DNA of 64,000 nucleotides from Proteromonas lacertae (Eukaryota): NCBI GenBank assembly GCA_002245135.1, contig NGBS01001163.1, positions 248,001 to 312,000 of the forward strand, read 5' to 3'. Shown piece by piece: positions 15,008 to 28,977 of this stretch (position 1 is its first letter; each line of letters starts with the position of its first letter). The notes under the pieces were generated by a model. It saw only the letters and a program-made list of their open reading frames with translations, ran no database searches and was not told where the DNA came from. The position numbers and the translations under genes were made by a program.

Positions 15008-16807
15008 TTAAATTGTTTTTTTCATTGATATATGATGAAATAAATCACAAGCTCGATAAAAAGAATCCAAGCTTAGATTATTAAAACCATCATATATCTT
15101 ATAAATCTCAATTGAATTGCTTTAAATCCCCCAAATATGTGATAATTATGAAAGAGAAGAATAAAATTTAGTTTTATTCTTAAACTTCAATATCATCAAT
15201 TTCAAGGATATCATCTACCAGTTCTTCAGGAACACTTCCAATCAAATTTAAGTGAACAGAAGTTTCAAATTTTACTTCAAGTAAAATTCTAAGTCCTTCA
15301 AAACTGAAATAATTATCTATTGATCATTAAAATAACAAAATAAATATACTACTTAAATCTAAATCATAAACGTCATTTAACAAATGTTTTTGACAATACA
15401 AAACATACAAATGCTCATCTCTAAGATGGCAGCTATCTAAATTTATGCAACCATCATCATTAATTGGAATATTTCTTAAAATAAATTCCAAATGTTGAGA
15501 TAATATTCTTATTCCATTCATTCTTACAAGTTCGAGTTCATCCATGTTTGATACAAGATTTATGACTTCAGAACTTGTAATATTATTGCCTATAAACAAA
15601 TTTATATTAGTAAAATCAATACATGATAAGTCTAAGTGATGTAGATATTTCAAATATCCAATATCACTACTTAATTGTCTTATTGAAACTTCACTTAATT
15701 CGTTGCTAGAAATATCTAATATTTTAAGATGTTCAAGTCTTTTCAATTGATCAATAATACTTATGAAACAATTGTCATTAATACCCAAACCGCTTAAATC
15801 CAACTCAGTAATTTCATTATTATTGTAGAATGATTTATCCAACAATAATCGAATGAACCGTATTTGATGAGTTAAAGAAAACAAATCTCTAACTTTTCTA
15901 ATACGTTCTTCTTGTGATGATGTATTATATATTTGTGATATAATATATTCATCGTTGTTTAAATCATTCAATAATGATTGTTGTTGTGTGGTCTTATTGA
16001 CATAAAGTCATTTTCACTGATTTCGTTTAAATTCTTTTCAACTCCCAAGTGAATTCCATTCAATAAACTTATGACCATTGTTATATCGTATCTTTCAGAT
16101 GGATTTTGTTTTAATAATCCTATAATTAAAGAGTGATAATTAGAATTAACACAACCCAAGTCAAAAGATCCATTCAATATTTTTCTAGCTAATTCATTAG
16201 GTGTTTGTCCATCAAATGGATAGTTTCCAGTTAAGAAACGATAGAATAATACACCTAATTCCCACATATCAGTCTTCGTTGTTATTCTTCCACCGCATAT
16301 CATCTCTGGGACTAAAATAATGGCAATTAGATGACAATTTACCTTGGTTGTTCCTTAAGAAATTCAAGAATGGATCACTTAACAAAATCTTCATACTATT
16401 ATCGAAAACAACATTGCTTTCCTTTAAATTGGTGTGAATAATGTTGTTCAGATGAAGTTGTTGAAGAATTGCACATACTTTCAACATAATCGGCTTAAAG
16501 TAACATTGTCTCACTTCAGGTTTTATATCATCAATGCTCTTCATATACCTAGGTGCATTGATAATAAGATTACCTTGATTCTCCTCAATTGAGGAAGGTT
16601 TGTTTACTTGAAGATCTCCAAGATGTTTCAAGTTTTCACGATAAGCATCAAGTAAGCTTCGATTGTAATGGTTTTCATTCAGAATCTTACAATGTACATT
16701 GTCATTCTATCAAGATTACCTATAAAACATACAACTAAGTGAGCAAGCGCATTGTAAAAAGGATCTTGACTTCTAAAAGAATGTGAGATTGAAGAAAAAA
16801 CTACCAT
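15008..16807 (-). CDS. Protein-kinase-like (probable pseudokinase) domain fused to LRR repeats; two frameshifts
   Basis: IIHTNLKESNVVFD, SDPFL, YFSP(E), TDMWELGVLFYRFLTGNYPF, LLKQNPSERY, then LRR units (ITELDLSGLGI, LKILDISSNEL, LHHLDLS). Frame breaks near 16305 and 15975. Confidence 0.65.
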
Positions 16808-16891
16808 TTCGTGTGAAACAAGGCGATGAAAAGTTTTATTCTCAAAAATCCAACAAAAATGTTCCTGAGAATAAATTATATTTATAATTAA

Positions 16892-19800
16892 TTAATCATC
16901 CATATCGGCCAAATAATCATCAACTGTTTCATCTATTAAATCTCTTACTTCATCACACTATATAAACAATAATAAAAAATATATTAATATACATTTGCTA
17001 GTACATCACAGTATGCCTTTACTTTATCTATCACTATCTCTCTATCAACATTTTTACTAATATGTTTCTTCAAAATATCATATTCTTCCTTCAATGATTT
17101 ATATTTCTCAGGACATGCATTATCTTCATCTATAATAGTATGGAATATCTGATCAATCTATAAATATAGCATAGCAATAATATATATATATATATATATA
17201 TACTTTTTGTGTAACAAGAGCAGCAATCTGAGTTTTAATTTCATTAAGTTTATCTTCATCACATTTACCTTCAAAATCTGTATTAACAAAATCCAAGTTA
17301 AGAAAATCATCTGATAAATAATTACTAATAATAACATCATTTATCAATATATAACCACTATCATCACTATTAATCTCTGGGTAAGATGGTTCGTCTGGAC
17401 TTTTGCCTAATAAATTAACATCAACAGCAGATATTCTTCTAGAACTATTCTTGGATGAATTATGATTGGATAATGTAGATCCTTCATCATCATCATCATC
17501 ATCATCTTGATTTTCTTCTTCTCCTTCTCCTTCATATGTTTCTATTGATTCTTGATTTTGTTTGTTTTTACTGTTGTTCATTGCAAAACTATCTTCTTCT
17601 TCTTCTTCTTCTGAATACTTGTTTATGTTTTTACTTTCATTTATTTCAGATTCTTCTTCATCTTCTACATAACTAGAATACTCTATAGATTGAGTATTAT
17701 TGTTAGATGATTCTTCAGTGTTAATGTTATTATTTATTTTCTTTTTTTTATCTATATCATAATCTGAACTATTATCTGAACCATCATCTTCATCAGAAAC
17801 ATTCTCATTCTTTATCTGTTTATTATTTTCATTATTCATATTTACATTTCTATTTTTCTTTACATCAAAATCATAATCACTTTCTTCATCTTCATCTTCC
17901 TCCTCCTCTTCTCCTTCTTCCACTTCCTCTTTCACTATTACCTTCTTATCATCATCATCTTCTTCTTCTTCTCTACTAATTTCATCATTATTATCTTCTT
18001 TATCCTCTTTTCCATTTTCTATTTCATCATCTTCTTTCTCTATATCATTATTTTTTCTTTATCTTCTTCTTTTCTATCCTCTTCCTCCTCTTCCTCCTTC
18101 TCCTTTCGACTTCTTCTCTCTCTTTTTGATGATATGTTTTGTTGTTTCTGGTGATTTTGTTCTTACATCTGGTGAGAATGTTACTCGCTGAGCTTTTTTA
18201 TTTCTTTTTTCTTCATTATCATCTTCATTACTCTCTTCTTCACTACTTTCTTCTTCATTTTCTATGGTTTGTTGTTGCATTTTTATTTGTTTTAACTTTT
18301 GGTTCTTCTTCAAGAATGCCAAAGTTCTATTGTTTCTAACTATTGGTTTAGATGGTTTTTTAACTATCTCTTCTTCTTCATTTCCATTTTCTTCACTTTC
18401 CTCTTCATCATTTAAATTGTTTTTCTTTACATTCTGCTGTTCAATCTCTTCTTCTTCTTCTTCTTCTTCTTTTTCACTATTATCATCTTCACTTTCTTCT
18501 TCATCTTCATCTTCATTCTTTACATTCTTATTCATAGTTACAGTTGTAGTTATAGTTTTAGTTGTAATTACTCTATTACTATTTTCATTATCTGATTCTG
18601 TAAGGGGAGTGATTGGTTTATGAGAATTTGAGCCGAATTTCCTTAGTAATATATTACTATTGGCTTTCTTTGAATCAATCTGAGATGATGTATATTGTTG
18701 ATAATCCTTATTACCATTCATATCTTCATTACCATTATTTGAATCATCATCATCATCTTTTTCTTCACTTTCTCTTTCTTCTTTGTCATCTTCTTCTTCT
18801 TTGTCATCTTCTTCTTTTTCTTCTATTTTCTTTATTACTTTTACTATTTTAATTGGTTTTTTATTTATCACTCTTGTTGTAGTTGTTTTTGTAGTTGTGG
18901 TTGTTGATTTTGGCTTAGTTATCTCTTCTTCTGATTCACTATTTTCATCTTCATCATCTTCCTCTATGACTTTATTATTCACGTTCTTTACAACAACTGA
19001 CTTTGTTGTGGTTTTAATTGTTTTTATATCTTTATCACTATCACTACTTTCATCTGTATCAAATACTTTGTTTCTAATTAATGAGTTTCTATCTGTAGAA
19101 GATCTTTGTGAATTTGAACCACTACTTTATAAAGATAACTATATTTAGAAAATGGTTGTTTCTTGGGTTGTACAGAATCGTCTGAATCATCTGAATTATT
19201 CTCTTCTTCTTCTTCTTCCTTATCTTGTCTCTTTGTTTCTATTGGCTTATTCTTCACTAGGCTTGGCTTGAACCATGGTTGTTTTCTTAAGAATTCCATT
19301 TGATCTGATGGTGATAATGATGATTTATTAGACTTTATATTATTATCTTTATTATTATTATTATTATTATTATTATTTGATTTTAATATCTTATTATTAG
19401 GTACAATTGGACTTGATTGTATCTCATTCTCTTTCTTTAATAAATAATCATATTTACCTGATAATATCTCCTTTAAATCTTTATTATAATCATACTGAGG
19501 AGATTGATCTATTCTTCTATTACTATTAACATTTGCTGAAGCTGATCTTCTTTGATTGTAACTCATATTTGGTGTTTTCTTACTACCTGAATTATCACTA
19601 TCATAATTCATCTGGTCATTAAATAGAGTATCATCTTCATCATTAATATCAACATCACTTCTTGGACTATATTCCTGTTGAATTGGAGATAATTCATTAT
19701 CATCTAATAATTGACTAAGTCTTGAATTATTATTATTATTGTTGTTACTGTATGAACCATAATATGTAGTTGCAGAGGGAGGTGGTGGAGCCTATATTGA

Positions 19801-20854
19801 TATAATAATAATAATATATACTTTGGTACAAAAATAATAATTTTGAACTAAAAACAAAAAGTGAAATAATTCCATTGTTCGTTTACCTGTTCTTGAGACT
19901 GTATAATTATCATCTAAAATCCTAACAAAACTTTTATAAAAATGGCTTCTTTCTTCTTTAAATATTTGTATAGTTATTGCATTACATTGATAATAGGATA
20001 ATATTATATTATTAATCTGTTTTAAACCAGTAAAATGTTGTTTTATAGTTTTATTTATAAAAGTTTGGACTGTTTTTCTAATAAATAAAAAGAACGATAA
20101 ATCTTCAGCTGTATAATATTCTTCTAGAAATCGTGCAAATAGTTCAATATATATATGATCATGTCTGTAATGTTCAATATTGTATAATAAATAAAAGCAT
20201 TGTTGGTCTAATACAGAGGATATTCCACCATAATGATTACTCATTGAATTATATACATATACTGGAAATCGAGTTAAATCACTTTCGATCTTTTCTCCTT
20301 TGATTATATAATCGATTTCACTTAAATCAAAAGTTTTTTCATATTGCACTCTACCATCAAATATATCTTCTATATGACGTATTAACCATAATAGAGAATA
20401 AGTTCGTGGTTCTGTATTTTCCTCAATTCGAACCATTTCACTAAATAATAGAATAATTTGTTTATACTAGAATATTCTATATCCTTTAAATGCTACAGGA
20501 AGTAGGATACGAACTGGAGGAGGTTTTGGTGGTTCAACAGGTTTCTAGTGTATAATAATGCAATATAAATACTTCAACTATTTCTTCTATTAAGGGCTCG
20601 GAATCTTGAGGATCTGCATAAATAACCTGACTCTGAGGTGGTAATAATCTAATTCTGCAACAATAATTACCATTTTCTAATCTTTGAAACTACGATATAT
20701 ATTTTAATATATTCAATACAATAGTATTTTCTTCTATAAAGAATTTCGTTAAAAGATCTTTGTCTTGTTGACATAAATTAGCATATATGATTCTTGCTCG
20801 AGGAGTGTAATCTTCCACAGCTTGAGCTTTGACTGTTTCATTCATATCATCCAT
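16892..20854 (-). CDS. Large protein: globular N-terminal domain plus a long acidic/Asn/Thr low-complexity region; function unknown
   Basis: Co-oriented ORFs 20690-20881, 19792-20436, 19078-19611, 18074-18982 and 17153-17935 are linked by short introns and apparent indels; ATG at 20854, TAA at 16892. Confidence 0.55.
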
Positions 20855-20926
20855 TATTAACAGACAAATTTGAAAAATCAATACACTGTATTAGCTCAAG
20901 CCTTTGTCAAGCACAAAATTGAATTA

Positions 20927-21603
20927 ATGAAGGAAGAAAAGCGAAAGAGAAGAGATTCTTTGGATGAAAAATCAAAAAAGCGAAAAGCGAATGTAAATAC
21001 ACCAGAAAAGCAGAAAAGTAGTAGAAATACACCTTTTTTGAAATTACATGTATGATTATTGATGTAATAAACTAGGCTACTTTTGAAATTTCATTGCTTC
21101 CAGCTTATATTGGCAATGTGGATGTTGGAGTGAAAGAACAATTAAATGAGATGTTGTTGAAATATGATGAAACATTGAATGGAGTTTTATTATCATACTC
21201 AAATCTGAAATATACACAAAAAGTTGGTTCAATGTTTAACGAATCACCAAGACTGAATTTTAACATAAAAGCCACAGTATTTATAACATTTTTATTGTTT
21301 AGTGTATGATATTCAGACCAGTTAAAGGATTGACACTAAAAGGAAGAGTGAATAAAGTATTGATTTTGAATTATATTGTTTTAGATAAGTGATCAACATA
21401 TTGGTTTATTAGTATATGGTCTGTTTAACGCATCTATATCTCATGATATATTGCCATCAACATACAGTTATGATGAAGATAGTAGTTCATGGTTTAATAG
21501 TGAAACATCAGGAGGAATTAAAATAGGAACAGATATAACATTTGTAGTTGATAAAATAAATGAAGCAAATGGAATGATCAACATATCTGCAAAACCTATT
21601 TAA
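20927..21603 (+). CDS. RPA43: RNA polymerase I subunit A43 (RPB7 family)
   Basis: Spliced product contains LLPAYIGNV..GVKEQLNEMLLKY...LNGVLLSY, IFRP..G..LKGRVNK and HIGLLVYGLFNASI; three short introns. Confidence 0.8.
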
Positions 21604-21707
21604 TTTTGATAAATTCTTGTTTTTAAATTATTAGATTATAATATTATTGTTATTTTTAAAATATACTTTTGATTTTTCAATCAAATAAAAAAATTCTCTT
21701 AGCTGCA

Positions 21708-24700
21708 CTATCTATTAAAATACTTTTTATATATTTTATTTCTTACTGTGTCAGATATAAATCTAAGATTACCACATTTAGTAACATCATTTTCATCTGT
21801 TTCATATATAAATATGTTTTTATAATCAACTTTTGATAATGCTGATTTATTTATTCCTTTTACTACATCCATAATTATGTCTTTATTTGCTTGTGATATT
21901 ATTGTATCTATATCTATCCCTTTTTCTATATCATACATTCCTATAATACCTCCATAATAATCATAGTTGTCTAGATATTTTTCTTTAATCCTATCTGCTG
22001 TAAAACTTGATCCATATTTCAATTCTATTGCTTTTTCTACTTCATCTTTTGTAAATGGAGGTATATACATCAACAATGGACATCTTTTACTTTGAAATGT
22101 TTTAATATCCTGATCAGATGGATTAGCTAACATTATTATCATTTTTGCATCAGCATAATCATCTTCATCTATCACTCCTTCATCAGCAACAACAATATAT
22201 GGATAATTACTCTTATCCTTATCTTCTTCATTTTCTATTTTTCTACCTTGATATATATAATCTACTCTAATTCTTAGATTTTTTTGACGAAGTGTGTTTG
22301 CAATTATTTTAGCTAATACTGACTTACCAATTTTAGCATTACCAAATATCAAATAATTTCTTTGATGATCATTATCAAATTTAAAACCAACAGGACAAAT
22401 AATATTCAACATATCTTCAACACATTTTCTCATTAAACAAATTTTAAATTTTCCTACATTTATTCCTACATTTTCTCTTCTTCTTCTTCTTCCTCCTCCT
22501 TCTTTTTCTTCTTCTTCTTCGACATCTAATCCCTTATTACAATATATCACTTTCTTCTTTTGTATTATACAATACACAAAATCACAACTTTCATTTTCAC
22601 TGTAATTCTATTTCATTAAACATATATATATATATTCATACACTTATAGAATCTTTCATACATTTCTTAATATCATTAGTTATGCTATTCTCATTAAATT
22701 CTTCATCATCTAGTAATACTTTTATAAACACTCCATCCATAATTAGATCAAAGTAATTATCCTCATCCAATATAAAATAAACAAAATTCAATGCATCTTT
22801 AGGATAATAAACAGACACTTCTTTTTTAGAATCTATTTTGAAATTAGGATTATCATAATATTCATTTCTACATTTTAACTTGATCTTTGTAGTACTTAAT
22901 TTATACGCAATTATTTGCCTTAATGCCATTCTTTTCATATATTTATCATCAAATGATTTATATCTTGTTTCTAATTCTTCACATTCATCCTCTGTCTTAG
23001 GTGGATATAGTTTAAAAGCTATATAGCTTTTAATTGTATTGGAAATATATATTAATTTCTTTTGTGGCTTTAATATAAAATGTTCCAACTTATAATCAAA
23101 TTCTGGTTGTAAATCATATTTTGTTATAATATTAAACAAAGGATCATTTTCCAAATTACTTTTCTTCATATACTTCTTTATAAAATCATTATAACTAGAT
23201 GTACTTATTACGCTTTCTATCAACTTCTTATAATAATTCCAATAATCTCTGTTATAATTTTCTTTATACAAATAGTGATAATATATTTGTTGAGGAATAT
23301 TACCATATCTTTCACATACTTCTTTAAATTCATCATCATCATAATCAAAATCCATACAGTATGAAAACCACTCAGTAATTTCTGCATCATTTAAAGAATC
23401 AAAATATAATTCATTATTTGACATCATACTGACTTTGTATTTATCATAATTATTATGATCAGGTGAACTAATTGATATAACTATATTATTATCATCGAAT
23501 TCTTCATCATTAGTGTCAACTATGATTATTGAATCATTAATACCAAGTGTTTCAATGTTGATTTTACATAGAAAACCATCCCTCAATAAATACACTTTCT
23601 TATCATTATCTTTATTTTTATTTTTTTTCCCTTTAACTATGAAAATATCTTTAAATTCTTTACCGTTTCTCCAAACATTATCTTCAATATGAGAAATTAA
23701 TCCTTTTTTTATCATATCATCATATAATGCATTATCTTCCATTCCCATATCATCCAATTTTATTTTTTTTGCATATAATATGTTTCTTATTCTACACATC
23801 TCAACATCATCTATTCCTTTCAAAATTCTTAATGCCAGTAGATATCCTTCCATAGCTATATCAAATAGATTATCATTATCCATACACATACTTTTATAGA
23901 ATCCAAACTCATACTCATCAATTAATTCAGAGATATTATATTCTTCACAACTATTCTTGATTCTATTTATAATTTCCTCTATGTATTCCAAACACTTCTC
24001 TTTACCTTTATTTGTAAGTGAAATACTCTCATTGAATTCAGAGATTGTATATTTCTCTTCATCTTTTTGGCAACTATTTATTAAAGTATTTTTACTACTC
24101 TTACTTTCAATGATATATTTTAACATTTCATAATTCTCTTTAATAACATTTTTGTTTTGTTCAATCAACTTTTTATTATCTTCTATTCTTTTGTTAAGTT
24201 CTTCCATGTTTAATTGGTTCTCATCTTTAAGCACTTCTTTAATATTCTCTATTTCTTTTTTCAACTCTTCTCTTTTAAAATATGTCTTTGCATTTTCATC
24301 ACTATACGGATAATATAATAAATTGTTCTTTAAAAAGAATAGCAATATATATATATAAGAGGTCTTACCAATACCTGATTGACCTGTTATTAGTATATTA
24401 GAATTCTCTTTTTCAAACGACATGATTTTACAAATATCTCTAAACATTTCATAATAACAATCTCTGACATAAATACTATTCTTTGGGAATTGGAATACTT
24501 TTATATTTGCTTGTGTAAATTCTAAATAATTCTTTCTTTCTGCTTCTTCAACTGGATTTAAATTATTCACTATTTTAACAAAATCATCTGGTAAATCTAG
24601 AAACTTAGCAATATCATCATCAAAGTATTTTAATAATATTATTATTTCATCAAAATCATTAACTTTATCTAAATAATCTCTTTGTTTGTCATTTAAGTAA

Positions 24701-25956
24701 AATATAGATTTAATTTCTTTCTTTATTGATATATAATCAATGTTGATTGGATTGGATTTCATTGACAATAGTTCAGATATCCAGTAATACTTTTCATAAT
24801 TGTATATACTATAAATAGTATTTGGTACTTCTATTCCATGCAATACAGCTTTACCATCAACAATATTTACTGCTTTAAATAATTGATAATTTTCTTTCTC
24901 CTTATAGTATTCTATTAATTTCATTTTACCATTTTTATTACTAACATTAATACATGGATATACTGATGAAGGTAAGTCTGAAAATAGTTTTATTTCAACA
25001 CCATTTTCTTGTTTAAGCCACATTTCCTTTTTGTTCATGTTATATATTACTTCATATATTTCTCCTTTTTTACACTGAATCTTTGATCTTCTTGGTAATT
25101 CATTTGATGAAATCTGGATTTTGATAATAACCAAAGCTAATACTTTCACTATAATCATTAATGATTTGGTAATAGAAATGATAAATTCCCTCTTTCATTT
25201 CTTCTTGTATTTTAAAATTAAAAGAACTTTCCTCTGCTTTATTTTTATTTACACCTTCATCTTCATATTTAAGTATCTTATTATACACTACATATTCAAT
25301 TTCATTCTCATTACTACCATAATTATTATATTTATATAATTCATTTCTATCTTTTTCGTAAGTAACTATATTACAACTTTCAATTGGAGTATTTTCATCA
25401 AGTTGAAAATCTATAATTGAAGTTTTCTGATAATCACAAATTGAATATCTTTTTATCATCATTAATGGAAGATTCCAACTACTTAAATATTTCACTGAAC
25501 CATTTCTACCACCAATATATGGGTAAACTGGTGTTGAACTGATTTTACATATAGTAACTCCTTTGTTATCTCCTTGTCTGATTGACATTCTTTTGCTAAT
25601 CATATCATATATCACTTCATATACATCTCCTACTGTTGCGGTTATTTTTGGTATTACTTGCTTCTTTTTAATACAGCATGATCTCTATATATCTTTACAT
25701 AAGCATCATTCTCACAAATTGAGTTATTTCTTTGACAATAACCAAAACTTATACTATCTATAAAAGTCTCTATTTGGAATTTGAAATGATAAATCTTATT
25801 ATTCATTTCTTCTGGGATTATGCAATTTTCTTTAGCTACATCACTTAAATTCAACATTCTAAAATTCATACGAGCAGATTTTAGGCATATTTCTTCATCA
25901 ACACCGCTTAGGTCATCATAACAACGATTTCTCTTGCAGTTGAGTACATTACTCAT
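21708..25956 (-). CDS. Crinkler/RHS-like protein: two SPRY-like repeats, P-loop NTPase, possible nuclease-like segment, second NTPase
   Basis: Repeats IYHF.(F/Y)QI....SISFGY.Q..G..YEVIY.M..K.M...VYP.I. First NTPase: YVRDCY..LITGQSGIGKT..SSPD..YGNIP. Second NTPase: IFGNAKIGKS..YIPPFTKDE..YYGGI. One intron near 22608-22641; frameshifts near 25100 and 25660. Confidence 0.6.
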
Positions 25957-26487
25957 GAAATTATGTCAAATTCCTTCTATAAACTCTCTATAATATATTA
26001 ATTCAAAATTTTATATTTAAATGGTTATAAAACAGGTTAATTGATGAGATACAATCAAAAATACATTGAATTAAACAGCCAATCAAATAGCTCAAAATAA
26101 TCAACCAATCAAATTGCATATATGTATTTTTTGCATTTCATTTTTCAAATGATATATAAGTAGATTAAGCTTATAAATTTATAGATCGGTTTCTATTATT
26201 ATGTTCTAATAAATTATTTATTATTGAATTATGTATGATGTGATTTTGATTGTAAGTATGGTTTATCAATGTAAATATTGTGTGTAGTTATTGAAACTAT
26301 TTTCTTTATTATGGATTTATGCGATTGAAATCTACATACTTCCCTATTAGGTAATTTTTAAATTTAATGAAAATGATTATTCAGAAAGGATTAAATCCAT
26401 AGTAGCATAAGGGACCTTCTATAACTTAGGTTTTTTGATGGATTTTGAAAAGAAATAAAAAGAAATTAAAAAAAAAATATCAACATA

Positions 26488-27679
26488 TTAAAACAACAAA
26501 TGAGTTTTATTAACAACAAACCAATAACAAGCTCCATAAATTACACCAACCAAAATAACAGCAAAAGGATGATTCTCATTATCCCTCTTCTTCTTTTTAT
26601 CTTCTTCTTCTTTATTCTTATGTTTAATTTCTATAGTTTTACCATGTTTAAACTTAGAAGGTGAAGATGGTATATTCTTATTATGAGATAATAATTTCAA
26701 TAATCCTATCTTATAAACAGGAGATGGTGGTTCTTCCATTTCCAAAATATTCTCATCTTTACTCAATTCAAAACTCTAATAACAATATATAATATATAAT
26801 ATACCAAGTTAAGTGAATCACATGTATATTCTATCTCATTATCTTCATTATATGATAAATCGACTGATATATTGCCAATTCAACTTTGATGGTGATTCAA
26901 TTGTTGATAAACTATTATTATTACTACTTTGTATGGATGTATTTAATAATAAACTATTATCATTATCTTCATTATGAGGGAGTGTTAAATTGGGTAAATC
27001 CTTAGATAAATAGATTGTAGCATAAGTTAATTCATTTGGAATATTATTATCATGTTTATTGAATATATTTGTTGATAGTAATGTTAATAACAATAGAAAT
27101 GAATGATATTTGATTGGTTCATTTAGTTTTATATTACATTTTGTACAGAGGGAATTAATATTTTCATCTGTATCTAATAATAGACAGTAATCTTGTAGTG
27201 ATGAGTAAGGAATTGAATTACCTTTTGAAAAGATTGAAAAAATAGTATCAAAGTGTATTCTTTGTGTGTAAGTTGAATTGACAGTATTTGCTATATGCAA
27301 ACAGTTGATAATTTAGATGTTCTAGTGGTATATTCAATTAAGAAATATTGATTAATCAATAGAATTAAAAGGATATGTTGTGTACCTTTTAATTTATCAT
27401 TTAAAAATACTAATGTGTCAAATTTATGTATTATTCTGCTATTTGAAACTTTATCTACAAGTTATTATATCTTCAAAATCAGAGTAGTTGCCAATTAAAT
27501 CCCATAAATTCTCCTATACAATTATAATATATATACTGTACCTAATGATATTATCTCTTCTGGATATACAAAACCAAAATTATCACAATCAATAACCTTG
27601 TACACCAATTCTAACCTCTTATCAAGTGACATATTCTACACATAAATGATATAAAATATACAACATCTGCATCTTCCAT
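26488..27679 (-). CDS. Hypothetical multi-exon protein with a single C-terminal transmembrane helix
   Basis: ORFs 26848-27300 and 26488-26766 plus upstream exons from ATG 27679; ends PFAVILVGVIYGACYWFVVNKTHLLF. Confidence 0.5.
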
Positions 27680-27754
27680 CTTATTCACAAGAAAGAAAGG
27701 ATTTTATTTTCAAATTCTATCAAACTAGTTTGTTCAAAATAAATTGGTGATAAG

Positions 27755-28849
27755 ATGTTTTGGTTTGTTGCATGGTTCTTTTTAAATATATTTGTCACTG
27801 TTTTAAACAAGCAGTTTTTCTCAATCCTTAAAGCATCTCATAGATGTGTAACCTTAGTATTTTCTTCCTTGATATATTGCTGCAGGTTCATATGATTACT
27901 ACTGGTTCTCTTTCAACCATTCTTTTATGTTTCTTTGGTAAAAAGTATGGAAAAATCAATGTAACAAACCATCAAAACTTTAAGTTGTTTTTGATGTCCA
28001 TCTTATTTATGGCCAATATAGTTTACGGAAATGCAGGTATTAGATATTGTAGTTTAGCTTTTGTACAAGTATATCACCTCAAAATCTAATTATCGTAGAT
28101 GTTTAGATGTACTATTCCATTAATCACAGCAGGCTTATCTTCCATTATATTACACAAAACTGAGCCAAGAAGAATTTGGTTTTCTCTAATCCCCGTTGTT
28201 GTAGGATCAGCTTTACTAACAACAGGTGAAATAACCTTAACAGCTTATGGTTTCTTTATTACTGTACTTGGTTGTGTCTTGTCAAGCCTTAAATCAGTTA
28301 TGACAAAGATGTTTTTAAGTGGTGAAGATAAAATTCCAGTGTTTCAACTGTTAGAATATGTATATAAAATTATATTCATTTTTGTCATTTTTTTAGACTA
28401 ATTTCTATGGTTCATTAGAGTTATTTCCAATCACAATTATGTATGATATGGACTTCTATATGGAATGGGTTCCTTAGTATATATATATTTTTTAATATAA
28501 TTGTGTATCATAGTTCACCTCGTTCTTATTTGTGGTTATTAGCTTTTCATGGATTTTGTGCATTTTTGTTAAATTTAAGTAATTTTGAGGCTAATAAACA
28601 GACTAGTCCATTACTTATATGTGTAGGTGGTAATGTTAAACAAGTATTCTAATTTATTTATGTTTTTTTTCCCTTTAGGTTATTATGGTTATAATTTCAG
28701 TTGTATATTTTGGTAGTAAATTAACTGATATTGGAATTTTAGGTGTAGTTATAACTGTATTAGGTGCAACGTGGTATTCTATCGAGGAGTTGAATAAAAG
28801 AAAAGGTCTTGAGGAGAGAGCTAGAGAGGAGCAGAAAGTAAATAATTAG
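27755..28849 (+). CDS. Triose-phosphate/nucleotide-sugar transporter family (SLC35E-like, DMT fold)
   Basis: AWFFLNIFVTVLNK, GNAGIRYCSLAFVQ|MFRCTIP, LSSLKSVMTK, AFLLNLSNF...TSPL...GGNVKQ; several short introns. Confidence 0.85.
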
Positions 28850-28977
28850 ATGATATAATATCACTATTTATACATTGTTTGTTGTGTTGGAGAAGGATTT
28901 TATGTTTATTTTTTCAAGCCAAGTCTTTTAATATTAAAATATCATAGAAGATATTCTGTCCGCGATAGATTAAGGTT

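Noticed and set aside
16269..16320. Euplotes-like stop-codon-driven +1 frameshifting as a general mechanism
   Set aside because: Here the kinase SPE-M motif places the shift at CCC, about ten codons before the stop. Any +1 overlap ends at a stop by definition, and -1 breaks also occur.
17153..19400. GAA/GAT/AAT trinucleotide runs and antisense Ser/Phe/Leu-rich ORFs
   Set aside because: These are low-complexity acidic coding sequence and its shadow frames; the same applies at 31619-31876 and 61107-61507.
28876..28883. TGTTTGTT, the Blastocystis motif linked to polyadenylation-created stop codons
   Set aside because: The upstream transporter already has a genomic TAG (28847-28849), and I found no gene here lacking an encoded stop.
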